DNA from: Dimorphilus gyrociliatus
Lineage: Eukaryota; Animalia; Annelida
DNA length: 64,000 nucleotides
Direction: 5' to 3'
Assembly (NCBI GenBank): GCA_904063045.1
Contig: CAJFCJ010000012.1
Location: 868,001-932,000 of the forward strand
The notes under the pieces were generated by a model, which did no database searches, was not told the origin of the DNA, and worked only from the letters and a program-made list of their open reading frames with translations. Every line of letters starts with the position of its first letter. The stretch's first letter is position 1. Below, piece by piece: positions 34,737 through 46,500 of the stretch. Position numbers and translations under genes: made by a program.

Positions 34737-37170
34737 ATGAAGAAGAGCCTTCTCATTCTTTTGCTAGTAGGCCTACTAGCCTTCTCGAGCGTTCGATGCG
34801 AAATTGAAAATGATGATACGGTTGAAGACGACGAAACAATGGAAACTGAGGATGATGCTATAGATGAACCGAAAGAGCCTATTGTACCAAAATCTGAAAG
34901 AGTAAGTTTCATTTTAAATCTGTAAACCATCAATAACATCTGTTTCTTTCTCTAAAGCCTGATTTTAAACCTCCAAAATTGGCTGGACCGGCCTACTTTC
35001 ACGAATCGTTTCTTAGTGCTGATGTATTAGGATCCACGTGGAAATTATCAAAGGCCAAAAAGGACGATGCTGACGAGTCTATTTCCAAATATGATGGAGA
35101 ATGGACAGTAGAAGAAGGAGAAGCTGCCTTGAAAGGAGACTTTGGCTTACATTTGAAATCAAAAGCTAAGCATCATGCTATCGCTTCCAAATTGACAGAG
35201 TCATTCAAATTCGATGGGAAGCCACTTATCGTTCAGTAAGTAGTATAGAATTTTAAGTATTAATCGTTAAATATAAACCATTAATGCATACAGATATGAA
35301 GTGAAATTTCAAAACGGTCAAGAATGTGGCGGTGGTTACGTCAAATTGCTCAGTGATAGTTCTAATTTAGATTTGGTTAATATTTTTTATTTTCATTATA
35401 GTATACCTTCTGTATTTTAATTAACTTTATTCTATTTGGCTATTAAACAGAGCAAATTTATGGATAAAACTCCATATACGATAATGTTTGGGCCTGATAG
35501 ATGCGGACAAGATAGCAAATTGCATTTTATCTTCCGGCACAAAAACCCGGTTACTGGCGAATATGAGGAAAAGCATGCCAAAAAACCTACTACCTCTTTT
35601 GAACATGTTTTTGATAAGAAAACTCATTTGTACAGATTGGGTAAAATAAATAATTTATTTTTTTTTTCAATAAATACAATGTAACATTTACTTTCCAGTT
35701 GTGAATGCCGATAACACTTTTGAAATATTCATCGATCAAACTTTAATTAATTCAGGAAGCCTTTTAGAGGATTTTGAGTGAGTACTTGTCTCTTTGTACG
35801 AATGTTTTAAAACTTTTTTGTGAATTTGTAGACCAGCCGTCAACCCTCCGAAAGAAATAGTCGATCCAGAAGATAAGAAGCCAGAAGATTGGGATGAACG
35901 TGAAAAGTAAATATTGAATTAAATCTTTTTTTCATATGTAATCTTTTATTAAAAACCAGAATACCTGACCCAGAAGCCAAAAAACCTGAAGACTGGTATG
36001 ATAATGCTTATTTACCTAGTTTAACAAAATTGTAACAATTAATATTATAAAGGGATGAAACTCAACCTGAAAAAATTGAAGATGTTGATGCCACAATGCC
36101 CAGTGGTTGGTTGGAAGAAGAAAGTGAGCTAATTGCTGACCCAAAAGCTGAAAAACCAGCAGATTGGGATGATGATATGGATGGCGAATGGGAAGCACCT
36201 ATGATTAGTAAGTTTAAGCTCAGGGCTGTAGATTTTTATTAACTAGGATAATTTAATCAGATAACCCAAAATGTGAATCTGCTCCGGGATGCGGAAAATG
36301 GACTCGCCCCATGGTTGAAAATCCCGCTTACAAAGGAAAATGGAAGGCTCCTCTCATTTCAAATCCCGATTACAAAGTAAGAAATTCAATACAAAAATGC
36401 AACTTAGATATATTTTAACTCTTTTTTAGGGAAAATGGACTCCTCGTATAATCGAAAATCCTAATTATTTCGAAGATAAGGAACCATATAAAATGACTCC
36501 AATAGGTGCTGTTGGCTTGGAATTGTGGTCTATGTCTGACAATATTGTCTTTGACAACTTCCTCATCACTCACTCAAAAGCTGTTGCGGATGAGTGGATA
36601 TCTGAAACTTATACTTTAAAACATACTCAAGAGTTAAGCACCGCTAGTGGAGGTGAAAACGTTTTCCAATGGCTGGTTAAAGCTGCCGAAGAAAGAAAAT
36701 GGTTATACGCCGTTTATATAATGGTCGTGCTCTTGCCTATTGTATTGCTTTCTGTCTGGTGTTGCCCGAATAGCGGACCAGGAGTTAAAGTGAGTATTAT
36801 AAAGTAGCATATCTTCATATACTGGAAGCTATTACTTTACAGGCTAAAGAGTTAGCCAAAAAAAAGACTGATGAGCCAACCGCTGATGATGAAGTTGACG
36901 AGGATGTGGAGAATGAAGGAGAAGACAAGAGTGAAAGCGATACCCAAAACGAAGCAGAGGCTAAAACTGAGGGCGGAGGTGATTCAAAGAAAAAAGCTTC
37001 CAAGAGTGCTTTAGATGCCACTAATGAAGACGACGAAACCGTAAGTTTTAATTTTTATAAGTTTTCGTAAATCATTTTATCTTATATTTCTTTAGCCTAA
37101 CGAGCCTGAACAAGAAGGCGATTCTAGCGCTAAAAGTACCCGTAGACGAGCAAAGGCTCGCAAAGATTAA
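34737..37170 (+). CDS. CANX: Calnexin (multi-exon)
   Basis: Signal peptide; [11 protein letters not shown]; [19 protein letters not shown]; [12 protein letters not shown]; KPEDWDE repeats; GLELWSM; TM; acidic tail ending RRRAKARKD*. Confidence 0.97.
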
Positions 37171-37600
37171 CTAGTCTTTAGTCCAATTTTGTTATTGAAA
37201 TATTACTTTGTTACTAATCGACTTAGGACTTCAAATTTCTAGACTGCCTAATTTTCTCTGGCGAAGAAACGAATGTTCGATAGATATCCATAAATATATA
37301 TGTATCTATATATGCATTTGTATATATATATATTTCTATAATGATTACATCCTTTAAGTTTATTGGAAAATTATGCAGTGTAGTCAATTTTTTTTGTAAA
37401 AACGTATTGAAAAGTATGACTGTTTGCATGTTTGATATTTAATTAAGCGAATACCCATTCCATATGAATGTTTTTCACGAATAAAAAATGAAGATGTGCC
37501 TTTCAGTTTCTGTACAATGTATTTATTAATCGCTATGTAAACGACAGTGTTATTCGATAGTTATGATGATTTCTGGATTTTTTATTTTGGCAATAGAAAC

Positions 37601-38857
37601 TTATCTGTCTTTAAAGATGGCATAGTTTCTCTGGACAAGATAATTTTCTAGACACTTTGGCTGTCCTTCAAGTGAATCAAACAAAGACACTAGTTTGTAG
37701 CCGTCTTCACTTTTCTGCTTATATTCAACCAAATATCTTGGTTGCCATTTAGCACAAGCTGTAAGCTCCTCGAAGAATTGACTTGCTTCATCTGTCCACT
37801 CATCTATAGGTATAACATTAGCTAGGCAGCACTCTACAGCTTGGTATTCACAGTTTTCAACAGCTTTAGGTAATTTACGCACATCTTCCGGAAACCTTAC
37901 CCATTCCGAATCTCCATAGTCCACGAAATAAAGATCAATTTTATTATCAGCAATATCATTTACACGGGCTCTGTACCATTTATCATCAAACTCAAATCTA
38001 CCTGCAACCATGTCTCCAATTGCCAGACAAGGTAGTTCTCCATCGTCTTTACTCAAGGATTCGGATATCTTAGTGTTTATGTCTTCCAGCGTTAGCCCGT
38101 CATCTTTATCCAAAAATTGACACCAAAAATGTCCAGGATTATCAATAGCAGATATAAAAACTTTTCTATAGGGAATTTCTGTAGGTATCATATCTTCCAC
38201 TTTCATATATTTTTTAACAGTCTCCTTGGGCATTTGACGAAAACGCCTCGTTGAATCTTCTTGTACTTCGTCAAATATTAAGCGTTTGGCATTATCTATT
38301 TGTTCTTCAGTCCCTACTAACTCAATTTCGTTAAATTTAGACTCAACTGGAATTTTCTGAATTGATATTTTACAGGAAGTCGCTTGCTTCATACGAAGGA
38401 TTGTTGCTCCACCTTTTCCAATTATACATCCAACACTCTTTTTTGGAACATGGATGATTTTTTTCTTAATATCAGGGATGCTCTTGAGAATCTCTTGAAT
38501 TCGAAGCTCCGCTTTTATAACTTTATTTCGTAGTCCACATATTTCCAAAGTTCTCTCTGTTTTACTCTCGTCTTGTTCGTCTACAAAGTGAAGTTGAACG
38601 CCGGTTTCCTTTGCAATAGCTTTTATTGCCATGCCATCTTTTCCAATTATATGACCACATTTCCTTTGTTCTACTTTAATACGAATTCTTGTATATTGCG
38701 ACTGCATGGCGGCTTTTGCTAGTCTATCCTCTTCGTATGGATCAAACTTCTTTTTAAAGAGAAGGTATAGTGAAAAAGCACATATTGTCGTGGTAGTGCA
38801 TAATACGGTTATCTTTAAACCTAATTTTGCAGTTGAAAATTTGCTTAATAATGTCAT
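37601..38857 (-). CDS. TDRKH: Tudor and KH domain protein (Papi/TDRD2 family), intronless
   Basis: N-terminal hydrophobic anchor, two KH domains (GHIIGKDG, GCIIGKGG), extended Tudor (WYRARV...LYFVDYGD...QAVECCLA). Confidence 0.93.
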   Translation of the reverse strand: MTLLSKFSTAKLGLKITVLCTTTTICAFSLYLLFKKKFDPYEEDRLAKAAMQSQYTRIRIKVEQRKCGHIIGKDGMAIKAIAKETGVQLHFVDEQDESKTERTLEICGLRNKVIKAELRIQEILKSIPDIKKKIIHVPKKSVGCIIGKGGATILRMKQATSCKISIQKIPVESKFNEIELVGTEEQIDNAKRLIFDEVQEDSTRRFRQMPKETVKKYMKVEDMIPTEIPYRKVFISAIDNPGHFWCQFLDKDDGLTLEDINTKISESLSKDDGELPCLAIGDMVAGRFEFDDKWYRARVNDIADNKIDLYFVDYGDSEWVRFPEDVRKLPKAVENCEYQAVECCLANVIPIDEWTDEASQFFEELTACAKWQPRYLVEYKQKSEDGYKLVSLFDSLEGQPKCLENYLVQRNYAIFKDR

Positions 38858-39125
38858 TTGCAATTTATAGTGTTGCGTAAAGCCAGAAAAAAAGTAACTT
38901 TAAAGTACAGCATGCAATTCGCTGCAATTGGACTACGTAACCAGATTAGTATGGTTCAGTATCATTTTGCGAAAGCTTTTGTGATACTTGCTCAGTAGAA
39001 TAAGAACCCGGATGTGTTAAGCTACTGACGAAATTTCTGGAATAAAAACTCCCTCTTACCAAGCTGATTTATCAAACTGATGCTCGAAAATAGTTATATA
39101 GATTGTGATATAAACGCCTAACACA

Positions 39126-40105
39126 ATGTCAACTCCGGCTAGACGGCGTCTAATGAGGGATTTCAAAAAGTAGGATTATCATTTCTTCTCTGTACAAAAT
39201 GGCCGACAATGGCTTTCTTTCGATTTAAAATAAAAAATTATAATCTCTTTAGGCTGCAGGAGGATCCCCCACAAGGTATAAGCGGAGCTCCTTCGGATAA
39301 CAATATAATGTTTTGGAATGCTGTTATATTTGGGTAAGTTTTCATAATACGATTCCCTTAGGTTATAAGGACAGCATTTACAATTGTTGCTTGTAGCCCT
39401 CAAGACACGCCGTTTGAGGATGGAACGTTTAAATTATCTATAGAGTTCACAGAAGAATATCCAAATAGGCCACCACAAGTGAAATTTGTTTCCAAGATGT
39501 TTCATCCAAATGGTAGCTATGATTATTGCGTATAAATTTGGTTGATGACTCATAAACATTTTCTCACAGTTTACGCGGACGGAAGCATATGCCTAGACAT
39601 CCTGCAGAATAGATGGAGCCCCACATATGACGTTTCGGCGGTATTAACAAGTATTCAGGTATTTATAAAATAGATTAGATTTGCGTCGGTTAAAACTGCG
39701 ACTGGTCTCTTGACAGTCACTACTACACGATCCGAACCCCAACTCTCCCGCCAATAATGAAGCGGCTATTTTATATCGTGAAAATAGACGTGAATATGAA
39801 AAGAAGGTGCAATTGATAGTATCAGAAAGTTGGGAAGATGATAATGATGACGATGATCAAGCCCAAAAACCAGAAACATCTTCAAAATGATAGTTTCAAA
39901 ACGATGACCAGTCGCAGAGATTTCTTCCACTCTTCTCCGTATTCATTCTTCTCCTTCGATACAGTCTCTCCTCGATGAACCGAACCCAAAAAGCCCTGCG
40001 AATAATGAAGCTGCTCAATTATTCGAATCGAATAAGAGAGAGTATACTAGAAGAGTGAAAGAGATTGTAGAACTGAGCTGGATATTCGTTCCGTCGGTTA
40101 ATTAA
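39126..40105 (+). CDS. UBE2A: Ubiquitin-conjugating enzyme E2 A/B (Rad6) with two alternative last exons (39717-39890 and 39965-40105)
   Basis: [21 protein letters not shown]; [34 protein letters not shown]; two homologous phase-0 terminal exons [13 protein letters not shown]... and [13 protein letters not shown]... Confidence 0.96.
39696..39917. repeat. 12-bp perfect inverted repeat bracketing UBE2A terminal exon A (39696-39707 / 39906-39917)
   Basis: ctgcgactggtc and gaccagtcgcag are exact reverse complements. Confidence 0.9.
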
Positions 40106-41437
40106 ACAAACAAAACAAAGTTCGTTTGCTTGTCATTGACAGTCGAATTTATTACATACAAAATGCAAATTATAAAAAGACAAGCTGTGCACATTTTAGT
40201 GTTTATTTCATTTCAAGCTTATTTATGTACTATATATATATAATACAAATATATCTATATAAATATGATCTTACATATTTATATAAATATATATTTATTA
40301 TATGTATGTAAGTTGTAGATATATAGGCAACCTGTATATTTGTGCTAAATATATTATTTTAAATAAGAAAATGTTTTTATTTTTGTGTGAATAAACTGGT
40401 AATTTTATTCTACCATTCTGTGATAGACACATATAGTTATATACTATATATATCTTATCTATATATATATATGTATATGTATATAAAATGAATAGGTATA
40501 CCTACAATCAGCATAATATCTATCAATATATGTAATACATATGCTCTATATACATATTATAAATGCTTTATCATGTGGATGAATATTATATAACTATATG
40601 GAGATAATTATTTAAGAAAAAAAATAACTCTGTTTGTGTTTGCTCTTTTACAACCCAGCCCTTTGTCAGCAAATATATCGTTCAAAGTTTTAAATTGGTG
40701 AGAGATCCTAAAAGGAAGTCAGAATATCAAGTTTTTTTTATAAACAAGTTTAATATCTTTGTCGTCTAGTAGTGACATCTTTTGGGTGTTTCAAAAGATA
40801 ATTTGTATATTAACGTACTAAAAATGATATTTTTATTATTGTTCTTGAAAATATAATTTCAAGTGATTTCTGAGCAAAATTGAATTAAATATTTTATTAT
40901 TTTTTCTTATTTTGTAATGCTTTGACCAAATTAAACTTTTAATGATATCAAAAGTTACAATTGTACAAACCAAACATATATAGTAGAATTTCATATGTTT
41001 TCTGTCATGATTACCGCCAATACAACAATACTATAAATATGAAAAATTTATAGACAGAGAAAACTGTAAAACAAAGCAAAATCGATGAAACAACTTGAAA
41101 GTATATAAAAATTTTATAATTGATAGATTTCCTTTCGGTAAGGTTTCATCTTAATTCAATATTTTGAAAGCATATAGAAAATCTGTGGAAAATAAGTTAA
41201 AGTCAACAGAATCATATGTAATATAGCGCATATGAATAAATTAAACTGGTTAGAATACTTGAACAAAACTCTTTTAAATATATTTAGAGGGTTTGAGCCT
41301 TCAAGTTTTTTTGAAATAGATATGTAATACGACGATCAATGAGCATTATACGGTAGGGACAAATCAATTTCACCATTCCGGCAGTCTGCTATTCAAACTG
41401 ATCGATAACCGTACACACCTTAAAGAAAATACAGTAC

Positions 41438-42262
41438 ATGATGGATAATAGGAAAATAACGGAGGAAGTAACTTTTAAATTATGTTTACCGAAAACAGCC
41501 TCACTGCCAACAGGTGTTTGTTGCTTTGATGGAGGGTTAAGTCTTATCCTAACTGACAATTTGAGATCAACAGTTGAATTGCTTTGTATTGAGGACGGCA
41601 GCTTTTCAGAAAGTTTAAATTTGGCCAGCGTATGGGATATTTGTTTGATGGGTAATAACCTATACTGCACTGATCCTAAATCGTCTACAGTTCGAATAAT
41701 AGATGTTGGTAATGGTATGCATTTACGTAAAACTCATAGTAGAGGCCGTCATTTGACCGAACCTCGAGGGATAGCAATAGATGAAAATCAAATTGCTATT
41801 TGCGATTCTGTCGCATCTTGCGTCTACTTGCACGACATCAGAAGTGATACTGTTACTGAAGTGCTTCATGGGAGCGTACTTGCTGAGCCTAATTACGTTG
41901 CGGTTTCTTTACCACATGTATATGTCTCTGACGCATTTAAGAACTCCGTGTATGCTTTCGATGTACGCAGACTACCCAGTGTTTTGTGGACATTTGGAGG
42001 TAGTCAAGGGGAAAATAACGATCAACTTGATAATCCCGCCGGTATTGCTTTAACGGAATCGACAATTAAAGTCGCCGATAATAATAACAACAGAATAGTA
42101 AGCATTCAAAGAGAAAATGGCATATTTTTAAATTACGATCTGTCATGGGAAGACGGACTCAACGAGCCACAAGCAATTGCTATTCATGATAATAGAATAT
42201 TTGTTACAGAATCCACATCGAGGAATGTAAAAATCCTTGATTTTGATAGACCTTTCGATTAA
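41438..42262 (+). CDS. Stand-alone NHL-repeat beta-propeller protein, intronless
   Basis: 274-aa ORF with NHL-type repeats LTEPRGIAID, LAEPNYVAV, LDNPAGIAL...VADNNNNRI, LNEPQAIAIH. Confidence 0.85.
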   Translation: MMDNRKITEEVTFKLCLPKTASLPTGVCCFDGGLSLILTDNLRSTVELLCIEDGSFSESLNLASVWDICLMGNNLYCTDPKSSTVRIIDVGNGMHLRKTHSRGRHLTEPRGIAIDENQIAICDSVASCVYLHDIRSDTVTEVLHGSVLAEPNYVAVSLPHVYVSDAFKNSVYAFDVRRLPSVLWTFGGSQGENNDQLDNPAGIALTESTIKVADNNNNRIVSIQRENGIFLNYDLSWEDGLNEPQAIAIHDNRIFVTESTSRNVKILDFDRPFD

Positions 42263-43061
42263 TTTGAGTCACATTTAATCAACTTTTGAAAACAATTCAA
42301 AATTTTATCAAGTTTAAAAGAAAAAGAAAGAGAAATTGGCTATTTTAATGACAAACCGAAGGATTTTTTTATAATTCGGATATTAAATAAATCCAATATC
42401 TTATTGTTAAGCCGATTTGAAAAATCAGTGATTAACGGAGAGATATATGTTTCTTCGTAGAGTTGTTAAGCATTAAATAATTCAATTAATCGCCAAATAA
42501 AGGTTTCTTTTGAAATTATTATTAAAATGATAAAAAGAAGCAGTTGACACTCCAGAGATTTATTAAATGTTATAACATTTAAGCCCAAATTAGAAGTTGG
42601 AGTAGAGAATTTAATTATAATTGAATTATTTGACAATACTAATTAAGCGGAAGTTTCAGTAATAACGGACTATTAATATACTACTAATATACCTTATTAA
42701 GCTTTTTGGTGGAAGAGCAGTTTTTTGATAGGAAAATATGAATATATTATATATTTCAATATTTAATAAACTAAGTTATGATTCTGTGATAAACAACTCT
42801 CTGTAACAATTGGATTTATCTCAGAGTATTCATTATACTTTCATGGATAGTCTTTGAATAAACAATTCATTATTAATGCTTTTTCTTTGAACGTAGTTTC
42901 AATATTATTGTTCATTTTTTTATTGTTTTTATTCAAAGAGAAGAGAAAAATAACGTTCAACCAGATACGACCGTATTCTTAGTACACACATTTGTATGGT
43001 ATACTGTATGTAATAGATAAACAAGTTAACTTATTGCAATTAATTGGTTAGTAAAATAAAA

Positions 43062-43072
43062 TGCGCATGCGC
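43062..43072. promoter_or_regulatory. NRF1/EWG-like palindromic site upstream of the RTK gene
   Basis: TGCGCATGCGC about 440 nt before the inferred ATG; motif match only. Confidence 0.4.
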
Positions 43073-43508
43073 GTGTCATCTAGTGCAATTGTTCAATTTT
43101 TTTTATGAAAGACTACAAAAAATAAATAGTTTCTCATGGTCCTTTGTAACGTCAGGTTAGTTTAAAGAATTTATTATGATATATTGTATTTTATATATAT
43201 ACAGTATATATATATATATATACTGTTAATGCATTGTCTGGAATTAACATTACCCAGAATCAAAGTAAAAAAAAAAAGGAAAAGAGCGAAGAAACTTGAA
43301 AAAAAGAAGCGAAATAATATGAACTCGCCTGACAATTAACAAAACAATTTACTAATTGGCGCTTTATGTATTCAGATTAATTAACTACAGCAGAGACAGA
43401 GCGAATTTATCACTCGGAAAAGTTTTCTTTTTATTTCATATATAATAGAGAGAATAAGAAAAAAGAGAAATATAGAGATACTCATTTAATTATTAATAAT
43501 AAATAAAT

Positions 43509-46500
43509 ATGAGATTAACGCCAATCAAACTACTTTTTATTCTACATATTCTATTTATGTGTGAAGTTTCCGGTAAGTTGTCTTTTTTTTATTGTTTTAT
43601 TAATAAAAGTGTACAACTCTATTTACTATAAAAAATATATATCTACAGTATATATAAACGTATATGGCAGACTTTTGAACGAGAATTTAATCTTATACTT
43701 CGTACCTCATTCAAAAGATTTGAATGAAAAGGAAACGGAGTTGAAAAAGTTTTTACTACTTTTTGTTCAATTGATTCTTATGCGGTGTACATTATAATTA
43801 ACTCTTAGTAGGCTATATCACTTATTATCAGAGCACAAAGCGTCTTTCAAACATTTCCGATATATTACGCGCAGAGGAAGAGTCTTATAAACAAAATTGT
43901 GTCAAAAAATGTTTAGTGATAAGATTATGTACTTCATTTACAAATATAGATCCATGTGTTTACACAAGCGCAATAGAGGCTGCTGGTAGTTGAATAACTT
44001 CCTCTCTCGACATTGTTTAATCTCTAATATTGAATACGGCGGTTTTGAATTTCTTGTTTCGTTAATTATATTAAGAGGGTCCTTTGTTATCTTTGTAGAT
44101 TCTCAAAATACTTTGAACATAACTGGTCAAGTTTACGCAAGAAATCTTATAAGATTCAAGTGGAACTATGAAAGAGGAATGAGTAATATAAGTATTAGTT
44201 TGGGACCCAACTTGAAAGTATTCTCTTACGCCAATCAGGAGGTAATTAACGACATAATAAATGACTATATATATATATATTTTACAGTGTGATGTAATTA
44301 GTTTTATAGATTATTCAACTTTTGTTCAATTTTCTTCTCTTTAGAGTATTGTAACTGCATTGAAAGAGAGAACATTAACAAGCTTCACTGTGACTATTGA
44401 TTGGGAAAATGGAACAAAAACGGAAGAAAAGGGAAACATAAGTGCCCTTCCTAATCTTTGTCCGCCCATTTTAAGCAGAGTGTACTGTAATGTCTCTTTA
44501 ACGACAACTTATAGCTCAAGATCCGGTTCGTCAACAATAGAATATAATTATGATAGTGATCTAAAGTTTTATCTAGAGAAGAAAGCTGTAAGATCTATAT
44601 TAAATTTTTATTCTAAAATTATTAATCTTAATTTCTTATCACTTAGCTGAATAGAGTTTGGTTTCATGAAAGTACTATTGAACAACTATTGAACACTTAT
44701 CCTTACTCGCCTGATGACAATGAACTTAAGAGGATAGAACAAGAAAATTATGTACCTTTGATTGAGTTACACTGCCAAGTAGATGGTTGCTCAAAAAATA
44801 TTATGTTAGTAATTTATTGTATTGATATATGCTTATATATATACTGTATATATATATATATATATAAAGTGTTTTTCCCTTGTGTTTTTTTCTATATTTA
44901 TACAGTTTTCAATGGTTTGAAATGAAATCGAATGAAATTGAATTAATTGGTAATACATCTATGGTTCTCGTTCGAAAATATTCAACTGATAAAAATTCAA
45001 CTTATACTGGCTCCAAACGAAAGTATTTTTGCATTGCCACAAATGAGCTTGGTTCGACTAAATCTTCTATTATCACTATAGTTGAAACTCGTAAGTAAAT
45101 ATTACCTTGTTAAATAATTAACTAAACAATCTTATTAATCGATATCTTAAACAATCAAGAACCTTACAAATACTCGAATAAAACTATCAGAACGTTAAAC
45201 TTGCCAAGAAATTCTCCGGTAAACTTAGAGTGCAGTATACCAGCAGATTTCAAATACAGAACAGATAGAGGAGTTCTTGGAATAAATCCAAGCAACGAAA
45301 ATGATAAATATTCCTTCTATACGAAAACAATTTTTGGTCAACGACCAAATTCACCCTACGGTAAAGAAAATATATTAAATGGGTTAAATAGTAAATAATA
45401 TAAACGAACTTTAGCATCAATGAAGATATCAAAGTTAAAATCAAATCATTCTGGTCGATATTGTTGTTATTATATACCACAAACTGAAAATTTAGTAAGA
45501 AGATCTTTCATTTTATATAGCTCCTTTATTATTCATAATAATATTTGTTGGTTTTAAACATAATAGAAATCTGAACCAGAGTCAAAATATAATTATAATT
45601 GTACAATTATAAATATTGACGCAACAAAGCAACCGCTTCGCGAAGATTGTAAGGACGATGAAGAATATGTTAAATTAAATGGTTCAACGACAGAAATTAA
45701 TATTCTAGAAGGAAATTATAGTACATTATCGAGTCTTGTTTGCGAATTATCGTAATTACATTAATTATTTTGACTGATAATTAATTGAATATATAAATAG
45801 AGAGTTATTTTACTTTTCTAGGGAGAAAAACAAATTCAAATGGACATTCGAAAGAGCCAATAAATTATCTCCATATCCTTTATTTACTATGTACAAATCG
45901 GACAGTTATCGTAGAGTCAATTATTCTCAGTATTGGATTGAGAGAAACGGATTGTTTTTTGAGTCTGATTATCTACATAGAGAAAACGCCGGATTATGGA
46001 ATTCTTCGTGGTTCGATCAGGTTACTGGAACGTGGAACAATATAAGTTATAAAGTAAACGTGATACGTTAGTAAATTATTTTTAAGTATTTCTATATTTA
46101 TTTAACAGTCTTGATATTTTATTTTTATGCCTTAATCTTTTCCTTAAACCTTATACTAATCTCTTCTTTCTATCAATAGCACATCCGACAGTAAGGAATA
46201 ATTTAAACATTTCGGCACTTTATGGAGATGATGTAAGCATAAAATGCGATAATTATCCGTCAGATACAAATGTAATCCTTACAATCAACGGAAAACAACA
46301 AGAGGAAGGTGGCAAAAATATACATCTAGCTGCTATTAGTTAATTAATTAAATATCTTGTTAATTACTAGGCCAGAAGGTTATTCATTTGAGAAACGTTA
46401 CAAAGCCAGCATCGATTGCCTGCGAAGTTAGTAACAAAAACGGAATTCATAGGAAAATAGGATATTTGACAGTATACGGTTGTAATTTTCTTATTGACAT

